DNA of 64,000 bases from Poseidonia sp. (GTDB lineage: Archaea > Thermoplasmatota > Poseidoniia > Poseidoniales > Poseidoniaceae): the NCBI GenBank assembly GCA_049412325.1, contig JBMSEL010000006.1, positions 3,458 to 67,457 on the forward strand. Reading direction: 5' to 3'. Positions 10,201 to 16,724 of this stretch are shown in pieces (positions within the stretch are counted from its first letter, which is position 1; every line of letters begins with the position of its first letter). The position numbers were made by a program, and so were the translations under genes. The notes beneath the pieces are model-generated. The model did no database searches. It saw only the letters and a list, made by a program, of their open reading frames with translations, and had not been told where the DNA came from.

Positions 10201-10828
10201 GTCGGTTACGCCGATGATGTCCACTCTGACGCTGAACAAGGACGAAACCCGAACACAACAGTTCACTGTCTTCGCACCTGCGAGTTATTCTGACGAAGAT
10301 GGTGATTTCCCACTCACCGTTTACGTCAACAGCCAGGACGAAAACGTTGCACGTGAAGAGGTTGAAGTCACCATCAAGAAGGCTACCATCAAATTGACCA
10401 TTGACGAGGACCGTATCTCGACGGAATCTGACCAGATCGCTGGCCAAGCCGGGGCCGTTCGTGTTGTCGTGGTGAACGAGGGTCTTCTCGATGCACCGTC
10501 GGTCATTGTCTACCTGACGCCACCCGGTGGTGATGAACTCCAGCAATCCGTTGCCGTACCAGCTGGCGGCGAGGGCATGGCCGTGTTTGATGGCCTGACC
10601 TTTAGCCAAGGAAGTCAGCGGTTTGACTACCGAGTCGAGGTGGCAGGTGCTGAGGCTGAGAGCGTAGATTCTGTTCCCGATCCTGGTGATTTCAGCATTG
10701 AGTACAACCCTGAGTCGACAACAGACGGTGAATCCGCTTGGATGACCCTGCTCATCGCTCTGCTGGCCATTCTCGTGCTGTACGGCGGTGTTCGCACCGC
10801 TCGTAGCCGTGGCGGTTCCAAGTTCTGA
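1271..10828 (+). CDS. aglB: Giant oligosaccharyltransferase (AglB/STT3) with extra N-terminal membrane domain, long beta-sandwich-repeat tail and C-terminal TM anchor
   Basis: STT3 motifs GSDPWY (~aa 405), ADHD (DxD), TVAEA (TIxE-like) and WWDYG (nt 4121-4135, aa 951) followed by SDNF. Many TM helices in aa 1-~870. Acidic tail has repeated TD(E/D)xGx(F/W)-type motifs of carboxypeptidase-regulatory/CnaB-like domains. Ends in a hydrophobic helix plus RTARSRGGSKF. Confidence 0.9.
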   Translation: MDEQMDTKANQPSAAMGLLLAPLAVLLALATTRVVGIEYDLTLNNMMPMLVVAIASMLAVAPRLVLASRPNLSSTTVSLGVLVLALVGAEVLYIVADVDALAALMFALIVVIGSNFDLRGRHEWVTAMAFSAVGFWLAMAAAGDAYAALPSTYSMESGQLVSTINLERQATAYVFFAYWTMSTAAGLLAGVLARGTLNPAGSEGWFSFLGQTSGYNRAALPLMVAFGVWVLAFAGSLWHFNSVEVFNQLGITTEAGYHGYVGYWSAFLTGVVALIVAGMVAERWYTRAMLVASMWTLYQVAAWFEAGIWYTEDLDGTWGALIWLAITFFIGVGIYSLGNHERYGGWANLGEHEPSQARLFLRAHGASMMVGLAFLVGLAIRVQWYAVPSMNAFGTGNWDMTGGSDPWYMKRVVDYILANNAHLVMDADRSYPLGGINPRPPLFSWSMAIGAMVLEPFLSTPEDAVWWSMLALPAVYGALTVFPIASMAKDQFGKGAGVLAAWLIAFMPAHVTHSTWALADHDAFVMLFLSVGFMYWLRAVKYAGSARITKTTSPHPMSFVRAFNDVAAHRQAAMANAALAGVAFGIVALGWKGFVVGPSILFLAYALQVALNMFRRRDSTSLSVMFLVMLTTTFLMAIPFYAHPQLDLVLDGTGLQPFLFIFVFTIAIAFVTTGFRDKPWLLVLGTLGGVALVFFLLLYVLKTLNLSDAWDVLFTGGGYFTKTKIFGTVAEANAPNRAQLFASFGPITFLLALIMGGGLLWRGLRQRNATALVFGVWVFTATFMAWNAARFMFNATPIMAILGAAGIVALWQWANWSGLVRSWKKYGIRTPADRISGARKAVWRSPQFSAVFLVMIMIFGQQATYGLDSAIPGTSNQESEIDERIYNIVPDILRFDGLGFSVLDSSTYDGRWYLGSFGSSFNDNGWNAAYDWLANQDADMGYSHKPAFVSWWDYGFQAMSTGDHPSVSDNFQTGIPATGNMLLARNQDDLTAMFIWQLAEGDRVYATEGTDHQLTPAFAGAVQKYLNDDQWSDFATLQLNFGEEMVPFIEERSFSVLKTNRDVVMAEGYLHTAGVFSGEKVYKIYKDQVAIPCTDAVSTSCVGDAWSSMDQADITFNNNIRTSEETVESRTHIIIGDYWYTADLLDEYLSVSTSIHRHNARLALVTQLLTAAFDAHPTATIHDLYNDIINMENLYRVQNYEGAPGETITRNHEIRYFAIDDRLYPRAGRYTADANYNRGQPMGIFGAPTILSGQDIGTYMDEVYETVRGDFQDEMTREEVDEAMQKDFLNQQAGADIDLLQIEDVRVDHNPAFFDTMVARTYVGYGASTLGLNAGSSNPQPSQHFGQSGSPGTIMTNALPLPGAMMNHYVIANWYSESPEDQIQSTNTLVKILKYYPGAEMTGQVTMSDNGEGLPGVRLLIERDAFSGETGEDLDEDTYWVPIGFVDADDDGRYSFLAPAGKIRVTAFAGVFDASAARDNIRDGSYGERLSDILTETNDDRQINEITAILGQVANMTWLGESLTNVTADEANRDVAMASTVDIAVKSSGVSGTVSWTGDEAFNGDPISETTFILRNIWSMTDNYTVETTSGSFTSDESRILQGTGEATLVEEGSFDSEGIALASNFIGNFTRDIGNERTFFANGTWSGNGVIEASWVEPSDVVNCEFDNDSNAVMPTNETFCLIDDSGDLPTYRLEGSVDAMGTFTSEGTSTLIRSYGDAEAGQGETLEGAGLFEGTGTFNGTGLFIGVGTFSGPMVEPGSFYKTGLLPGTYNMIAQLSNGKEVLLPDPVEIGIEPSYDLDMTMPGAIFKDTLKDMHGDALPNQTIEWIDVQLGEDAAVLITTDEEGNFSYGPIPPGEYYYRGDVDDDGWYDFNESTFVNDDISNITLSLNVPDTVDVTLTLVSPVDPLTQEALFDVSNRTITFQNEVELLEPINVTSDENGEIYAELLFGVWDIRDDENPEFVLFDQIELEPGTEDLIQDVTYAQAAYINGSMRNYPGVTVDEWNTWDDETPEENREQTTQPATGLTVNFVSDDLAFSAVTNITGHFSVRVPSGFTYHMTTESVVTNRGYGALVAVETGVDADLGMLYIEPTSLVNGVVHLYDNTTRWDSSFPLWEAPEVVATNAAGLMWTTTTNELGDFAFDLPNGVWTISLTDERLNATAIEDLAVNRSSTESISTMLVIAHPEAVDVEMHVYLNSAEDGTFENGTASTPAFTLKPIAENRDPIYYTADDYSEPGIITVSLTPGGYDVMFNRTAASDENATDYDLVGESFFDAIRIGLDAVDEPYDVALKNTYLVSGTLFNTTDDGIANDFLLYNEADEKWFNIGSDENGSFAAYVPAGEWLIIVAPFSNGDHTETLRQPLTVDADSVRTGLELTTSISVEVSMQLLEAVTETALSDMTVTAVSHDGFGNITFERTDAEGNASELIMPGTWSFYFNRTIGTKSWFMDTSDSPFNTEAADENHTLVLDPVYATLEVEIGGKVYWDLDNNSAPSLGEGLPEMNVTIVGNNNSEVSTTVTTDDEGVWRVFVPIRDVYNVTVEKEGFETVYYATEDQNGYTVHDSPDSTDIEVTAGLVEVEGTVTDQLDADRLVDATIVLYPVAGIERDAVTVSGTMNDTTLEWSTSVQPGDWVVVVSQNNPGPNGGGVAIGLLEASVANGGNISLVMALGGYVDLTTSWTDIDQNEHHAGSDDAGSDMIEGTVELEVSFDGQSWMVDVPASGELRDLFPEGSVSFDGEFMTVQHATAVEMEYYGGQTTTITADSTIAATLQFNRRVNSALDITFNDASLSDGTLLNAADGEIEAVVSSTNGSVYSTITFDYDIAYNGTEIMDVFTVEGEIGLAQDSDLWTVQFWNATSEAYEDSVSVSLGIGDADTDAILSTSVKVQITLPEVAEAWHLANGHRMTMRLQTDLGESSQASVKVFVPQSFDFTVSDATEELGMSALVERQFSFALTNNGNGQDSFTIELLESGVPEGWSVTPMMSTLTLNKDETRTQQFTVFAPASYSDEDGDFPLTVYVNSQDENVAREEVEVTIKKATIKLTIDEDRISTESDQIAGQAGAVRVVVVNEGLLDAPSVIVYLTPPGGDELQQSVAVPAGGEGMAVFDGLTFSQGSQRFDYRVEVAGAEAESVDSVPDPGDFSIEYNPESTTDGESAWMTLLIALLAILVLYGGVRTARSRGGSKF

Positions 10829-10892
10829 TGTTCACTTTTGATTGAATTTTCAAACAAGGGTTGATGAGGACAAGGTAGGGGTAGCGATAGCC

Positions 10893-12101
10893 ATGGAAGG
10901 TCTCCGTGACGTTGAGTACCTTCCAGAGCCTTCTGACCGACGCATCGTTTCTGCGGTGGACCCGACGGTGATTGGCTTTCAGGATCAGTGGCGATCCGAA
11001 ACCATGGGTTGGGCTCCCTTGACCGTCGAGCCAGTTGTTCGGCATTCACGGCGTCGTTTCTCCATCTCTGGCGTGGTGGTGTTGGCGCTCTTGATTTCGG
11101 CCAGTGTGTTGATGTGGCAAAACCAATGGTTGGTGGTTGAACTCCCCCAGCCTACATCTGAGTGGGCGTTTGAGCAAACCGATTTGCGTGAAATTCAGGC
11201 GGCAGGCCTCTCTGGTGAAGGGGTGCGAGTCTGCATGGTTGACACCGGTGTTGATGCTCAACACGATGCCTTTTCGACCACTGAATTCACGTTCAAGGAT
11301 TTGATTGGTGCATCGAAGCTACCGGTTGACTACGGTGCGGTTGCTCACGGGACGCTGATGTCTGGCTTGCTTCTCTCAAACGATTCTAACCAACGCGGCG
11401 CAGCACCGAATGTTTCCTTTGCGATGGTGGCTGCCTTGAGCGATAACGGTGACGGGGAAAACACCGGATTGGATTCCGATGTTGCGGATGCCATTCGGTG
11501 GTGTCAGTTTGAATTCCAAGCCGACATCATCTCCCTCTCTTTGGGCGGGACGGAGGAATCCGACGCCACGGAGGGTGGTTCCTCTGCAGCCACTCGCCAA
11601 GCGACGGATGCGGGTATCTACGTGGTGGCTGCAGCCGGGAACGACGGTCTCGATGATGATGGTGACGTCGCTTCACCAGGTAGCGTGGATTTGGCCATTT
11701 CCGTTGGTGCAACCACCCGTGAGGGAACCGTATGGGCCAATTCCTCAACCGGGTCTTCAACCGACAGAAACGGTGAGGTTCGAGCCCACCCAAACATGAA
11801 GCCAGAAGTGGTGGCGCCGGGTGAGCGGATCATCAGCACGGGTGAGGACAACCTGTGGTACTCCAGCAGCGGTTCTTCCGATGCTACGGTCTTTGTTTCG
11901 GGGGCGTTGGCGTTGATCCTTGAGGATCAGCCTCGATTGAAGCCTCAACCGGGTGGTAACGCCTCGTGCCTTGTCGAGGTGAAACTGGCGCTTCTGGAAT
12001 CATTGGGGCCGGGCGATGGAGCGCATGATCTTCGCAACGGTTATGGCCTCCTCGATGCCTCGTCGTGGCTCAATGAAGCCCGCAAGATACCGAGCTGTTG
12101 A
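10893..12101 (+). CDS. Membrane-anchored S8 (subtilisin-like) serine peptidase
   Basis: VDTG, HGT, AAGND, KPEVVAPG and nucleophile region SGSSDAT. N-terminal TM helix. Start moved from the TTG at 10842 to the ATG at 10893. Confidence 0.85.
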   Translation: MEGLRDVEYLPEPSDRRIVSAVDPTVIGFQDQWRSETMGWAPLTVEPVVRHSRRRFSISGVVVLALLISASVLMWQNQWLVVELPQPTSEWAFEQTDLREIQAAGLSGEGVRVCMVDTGVDAQHDAFSTTEFTFKDLIGASKLPVDYGAVAHGTLMSGLLLSNDSNQRGAAPNVSFAMVAALSDNGDGENTGLDSDVADAIRWCQFEFQADIISLSLGGTEESDATEGGSSAATRQATDAGIYVVAAAGNDGLDDDGDVASPGSVDLAISVGATTREGTVWANSSTGSSTDRNGEVRAHPNMKPEVVAPGERIISTGEDNLWYSSSGSSDATVFVSGALALILEDQPRLKPQPGGNASCLVEVKLALLESLGPGDGAHDLRNGYGLLDASSWLNEARKIPSC

Positions 12102-12287
12102 GGCTTTTTCGCCTCTTTCTCGACGTAGAATACACCGCATTCATTGCGAAATATATCTGTTTGTCGTCGTTTTCCGATGTTTTTCTACCGTTTTTCGGCA
12201 GTCCTAATGATATTCTAAAGTGGAATTGATACATTTAGGGCGGCAAATGAGGCGCAGTATTATATTCGTGGCGTTCATGGACAGAGC

Positions 12288-12293
12288 AGGTGA
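12288..12293 (+). promoter_or_regulatory. Shine-Dalgarno-like AGGTGA
   Basis: AGGTGA ends 8 nt upstream of the ATG at 12301. The AT-rich intergenic region 12102-12270 contains TATTATAT at about 12258. Confidence 0.5.
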
Positions 12294-12300
12294 ATCGCCG

Positions 12301-15300
12301 ATGTCTCAAAAAAACCGAACAAAATCCGTATCGCTCGTGATGCTTTACATGATGTCCCTCATGTTGGCCATGGTGAGCGTTCCCTCGGCCATGGCCGTGA
12401 ACGAAACCACACAGGGCACCGTGACCGGTACCGAGACGTGGTCGGGCACCATGAACCTCCAGGACGATGTCACGGTGGCTGAGGGTTCCAAACTCATCAT
12501 CAATGCAGGTACGACCGTCAACATCCCGCACGGCAAGTTCATCGATGTTCAGGGCGCAATCTGCGTTGGCGATTCATCCTGTGGCGCAAGCGCTGGTTCG
12601 GCTTCCTCACAAGCCCGTTTCATCTGGTCCCTCCCAACGGATTACACCAAGACTGGTCGCTGTTTGAACACGCAGAGTAACGTTCTCAACAACCCCGATG
12701 CTGCGTGCGGTTCTGGCTTGATCATTCGAGACACCATCGACCAGTCCATCACCTCCATCAACTACGCTCACTTTGAGAATGCCTACGGTTACCCTATCTA
12801 CGTCGCTTCCCTTCAAGCCGTGCAGTATGGGGCATTGGTGTTTGACGGTTCAACCACCACCGCTCGTGGTCTTACGTTCACCGACATCAACACCTCGAAC
12901 GTCATTGCGGTGGATTATGCGGCCCCACTCCTTGAGGACTCAACCTTCGAGTTGGGTATTGACGGACAGGGTTACGACGCTGCCGCCGTGCGTGCGTACG
13001 ATGCAGGTGCGGGGATCCTCTCAACCTTCCGCGTCAAGAACTCCGTCTTCACTGGAAACGACGCTGATTGTGGTCAACAAGGCGGTGGCCGTGCCGTCCT
13101 CTACATCGAGAATTCTTACATCGATATGGATAACCTCGACATCAAGGACAACAGTTATGGGATTTTGATGAAATCCAGTTCTGGTAGTTTCACCAACTCC
13201 AAGGTCGATGTCAAGTGTAACGCCATTGACACCAACTCGCTGAAGACCACCGGCAACATTGAACACACGCTGGAGGTCACCGACAACGACATCACCACGG
13301 CCGAGGGTGCGGGCTTGACCGCTTACGACGGTGCCAAGGTGTACGCAGAAGGCAACATCATTTCCGGTGCGAGTGAAGGTTCAGGCGTCGGTATTCGCAG
13401 TTCAGTTGTTGAGCTTCACCGCAACACCATCGGTCCCATCGGTGGCTGGAACGGCTTGTGGATTTACGGAACCTCTGATGTCATTGCCGAAAACAACACC
13501 ATCCAGGACACGGGCAAGGAACCTGTGCTCATCGGTGAGTACCACTACCAAGACCAGGGTTGGCAGGTGCCAGCGCCCTCTGCGGCTCGCCTGTACCTGG
13601 CCAACAACGTGATTTCCAACAACTCTGGAACCTGCAACTCCCAAATGTACGGTGGCGATTTCCCCTGTCCCGCCGTTCACGTCTTCCGTTCCTCGGCCTC
13701 CATCCTCGACAACACCATTTCGGGCAACGCTGGCGATATCATCCGTGCCAAGGGTTCACTCATTAACGTCCAACGCAACACGGCAGATTCTCAAGATGGA
13801 TTCGCCGGCAACGTAACCCACCATGACGACAACTACGGCAACAAGTACGGTTCCGTGGCATACTTCTCTGGCAACTCATGGTCCGGTGTTTCGCAAGTCT
13901 ACAATGTGACCGAATCCCGTGTGACGGTCCAGTCTGAACAAATTCCATCCCCTGGCAACGGTGAGCTCTACCCAGTGAACATCCGTTGGTTGGGTGCCGA
14001 ATGTCCGTTCGTTCAGGACGAGTGTCTGCAACTTCCCGGTACCGTGGCTTTGCCACCGATCGGCATGCCGATGGCTCTCGAACTGGTCGAGAATGCAACC
14101 GTGTTCTCCTTTGCCGATCTTCAGAACTTTGATTCCTCAATGATTCACGTGCAAAACCAGAACACCGCTTGGGGCTCCCAAGTTCGAGAAGGTGAACTCG
14201 TTCGCTACCAAGTCAAGGCCAAGAACTCCAACGTTGAAGGCGCCACGGTCATCATCAAGGATTCCACTGGCCTCCCTCTTTACGATTTGACCACCGACGC
14301 CTTCGGCTTCACGCCTGAGGTTTCCCTGCCCTCGGATTTCCTCCTTGACCGAAACTGGAACCACGTGGTTGGCGACAAGAACGCTGCCATTCCCGGCACC
14401 AACGACGGCACCGGTCAACCCATCGTGGTCGACGAAGACTCGTGTGCAGACGGCATTGACAACGATGGCGACACGTTTGTCGACAAAGATGACACAGACT
14501 GCATTAACGGACGAGAGCGCCCGTTCTACACCGTTGAGGCGTTCAAGTTCGGCAGCGGTCGTGATGACTTCTCATACGTGCTTTCGGGCCCGATTGATGA
14601 CATCATCAACCTTGAGAACTTGCGCCCCGGCGTCAGCGTGACTGAGCCTGACGGCTACTCTTTCGCCACCACGGTTCGCATCACAGGCCAGGCATGGGAC
14701 GGCGCGAAGTGGCCCTATGCCAACGACAACACAGCACAACAAGCACAGTTTGGTTTGGTGAGCCGCGTTGAGATTCAACCCCCCGGTTCTTCGGATTGGT
14801 TCTATGCTTCAGATGCCTCCGGTTCAAGCGGCGACATCACCATGGAAAACCATCCGTTCAAGGACTGGGTCTACGAATGGGATGGCGCTGCTCATCCCGA
14901 GGGCGAAGGCGACATCACCTTCCGTATCCGTTCCTACGATGGTTTGGATTACTCTCCTGTTGAAGTCCGCCAGTACAAGCTCAACCTCGTTGCGCCTTCG
15001 CTCTTGGTCGATGTTCCAACAGCAGGAAGCGTCCACCAAACAGGCAAGGTGATGTTCCAAGGCACGGCCTCCGATCCCTATCAAGGCACAGCAGGAAGCG
15101 ATGTCAAGCAGATTTGGTTCTCCATCTCTGGACCCGACGGCTTTGCTCAGCAGTTCTTTATTCAAGGTTCAACAAGTTGGTCCTACGAATGGAACGTGGC
15201 TGAGTTGCCCTCTGGCGACTACACGGCCACGGTTTGGGCTGCTGACAGCGACTTCTGCATCGGTGAAGTCGTTGAAGCCGATGGCTGCGTGGCAGAAACC

Positions 15301-16704
15301 CGAACCATCACCATCAACAACGACAACATTCCACCCAACCTCCAACTCTCTTGGATTGGCGCTGAGGACCAATCTTCCGGCGGCATTGACGGTGATACGG
15401 TTCGTGCATCCACCGAAACGAAGATCATCGGTGTGGCTCGAGATATCGGTGGATTCGTGACCCGTGTGGAAATTGAAATCACCGATTTGGCGAACGGTAT
15501 CGTGCTCAATGACGGTCCGCTGCCGGTCACCGCCTTTGCCCAAGATGGCTCTTGGGTCGCCAACTGGGACACGTCCAAGTTGGTTCACGACAGCGTCTAT
15601 TCGGTCACCGTGCGTGCTTACGACGGTGATGATTACTCACAAGACGTGGTTTGGCGAATGACCATCAACAACCCACTCGATGCCGAGAACATCGATCCGG
15701 TGTTTAACGAAACAGGTTGGGTCGGTACATGGACGATCTTCTGTGACCAGAATTCCAACTCATTCGACCGCTGCGGCGGCGGTATTTCGTTTGACCTCGC
15801 TGAGTTCTTCAACGACCCTGATGGAACCGGTTCACCAGGTGATGACCTTGAGTTCTATGTCTACGATGATGACACGACGATTGAGGATGATTTCTACGAC
15901 GACTTCATCACCATCACGCCGTTTGGTGTGCTGACCTACGACCCAATGTCGTACATGGCCCAAACCACCAGCAGCATCCCCGATTGGTCGCTCAATGGCG
16001 TCGTTGTTTACGCCCAGGACGACCAAGAATCCAAGGCGTACTCGTTGAAAGTCAACTTCCTGGTCCGTGCTGTAGCCTTCACCGTTGAGCGAACAGATAC
16101 CGGCGACATCACCGTAGCCGACCCGGCTGAGTTCCAAGGAGAAGGTCTTCCAGGCAGCCTTGTCATCGCTCGCTTCGCCGAAGGAAACGCTAAGTTGAAT
16201 TCGACTCGTGTGCTTTCAGATGGGTCGTGGAACATGCAACTCACGGCTGGCCAGCTCAGCGGCATCGAGGGCTCATCTGATGTCATCTTCGAAATGGACG
16301 GTCAAATCTTCAAGTTTGCCGGACAGACCGAGAACGCCGAGTTTGCTGTTACTGTATCCAGCGGCGACGACGGTGGTTCAGGCATGGTGGGTATCATTCT
16401 CATCGTCCTGGCCGTCCTCGTTCTGTTGGGTGCAGGCGCCTTCTTCTTCATCGAATTCGAAGAAATGCCGGACGAAGATGAGTTGACGGGGGATGATTCC
16501 CCTGAGGAAGAAGATCCGTATGCATGGGCCAAGGCCAAGCAGACTCCAGCCATACCACAACAGGATGCAGTGGTGCCTGCCCAGGCAGCCCCTGTTGCAC
16601 AGGAAACCGCCGCACCGGCCGCATCCCAGCATCCTGGTTGGTTGTGGGACCAAGCATCCAACCAGTGGGTGCCTGACCCGAACTACCAACAGCCGCCACA
16701 ATGA
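12301..16704 (+). CDS. Secreted, TM-anchored surface protein: right-handed parallel beta-helix plus Ig-like domains and a Trp-rich cytoplasmic tail
   Basis: Signal peptide (…VPSAMA). Beta-helix repeats (NTI/NNTI/NNVI/DNTI). CADGIDNDGDTFVDKDDTDC motif. Ig-like units (GTASD…W.YEW…Y.V.VRAYDG). TM helix near the C-terminus, then an acidic/Pro-Ala linker and HPGWLWDQASNQWVPDP. Confidence 0.8.
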   Translation: MSQKNRTKSVSLVMLYMMSLMLAMVSVPSAMAVNETTQGTVTGTETWSGTMNLQDDVTVAEGSKLIINAGTTVNIPHGKFIDVQGAICVGDSSCGASAGSASSQARFIWSLPTDYTKTGRCLNTQSNVLNNPDAACGSGLIIRDTIDQSITSINYAHFENAYGYPIYVASLQAVQYGALVFDGSTTTARGLTFTDINTSNVIAVDYAAPLLEDSTFELGIDGQGYDAAAVRAYDAGAGILSTFRVKNSVFTGNDADCGQQGGGRAVLYIENSYIDMDNLDIKDNSYGILMKSSSGSFTNSKVDVKCNAIDTNSLKTTGNIEHTLEVTDNDITTAEGAGLTAYDGAKVYAEGNIISGASEGSGVGIRSSVVELHRNTIGPIGGWNGLWIYGTSDVIAENNTIQDTGKEPVLIGEYHYQDQGWQVPAPSAARLYLANNVISNNSGTCNSQMYGGDFPCPAVHVFRSSASILDNTISGNAGDIIRAKGSLINVQRNTADSQDGFAGNVTHHDDNYGNKYGSVAYFSGNSWSGVSQVYNVTESRVTVQSEQIPSPGNGELYPVNIRWLGAECPFVQDECLQLPGTVALPPIGMPMALELVENATVFSFADLQNFDSSMIHVQNQNTAWGSQVREGELVRYQVKAKNSNVEGATVIIKDSTGLPLYDLTTDAFGFTPEVSLPSDFLLDRNWNHVVGDKNAAIPGTNDGTGQPIVVDEDSCADGIDNDGDTFVDKDDTDCINGRERPFYTVEAFKFGSGRDDFSYVLSGPIDDIINLENLRPGVSVTEPDGYSFATTVRITGQAWDGAKWPYANDNTAQQAQFGLVSRVEIQPPGSSDWFYASDASGSSGDITMENHPFKDWVYEWDGAAHPEGEGDITFRIRSYDGLDYSPVEVRQYKLNLVAPSLLVDVPTAGSVHQTGKVMFQGTASDPYQGTAGSDVKQIWFSISGPDGFAQQFFIQGSTSWSYEWNVAELPSGDYTATVWAADSDFCIGEVVEADGCVAETRTITINNDNIPPNLQLSWIGAEDQSSGGIDGDTVRASTETKIIGVARDIGGFVTRVEIEITDLANGIVLNDGPLPVTAFAQDGSWVANWDTSKLVHDSVYSVTVRAYDGDDYSQDVVWRMTINNPLDAENIDPVFNETGWVGTWTIFCDQNSNSFDRCGGGISFDLAEFFNDPDGTGSPGDDLEFYVYDDDTTIEDDFYDDFITITPFGVLTYDPMSYMAQTTSSIPDWSLNGVVVYAQDDQESKAYSLKVNFLVRAVAFTVERTDTGDITVADPAEFQGEGLPGSLVIARFAEGNAKLNSTRVLSDGSWNMQLTAGQLSGIEGSSDVIFEMDGQIFKFAGQTENAEFAVTVSSGDDGGSGMVGIILIVLAVLVLLGAGAFFFIEFEEMPDEDELTGDDSPEEEDPYAWAKAKQTPAIPQQDAVVPAQAAPVAQETAAPAASQHPGWLWDQASNQWVPDPNYQQPPQ

Positions 16705-16724
16705 TGGAACCTGAGGGTTGATTC

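Noticed and set aside
12102-12300. AT-rich 200-nt intergenic gap as a possible tRNA, ncRNA or origin
   Set aside because: No cloverleaf, ORB-like repeats or strong stems seen. T-tracts and a TATA-like element explain it as terminator plus promoter.
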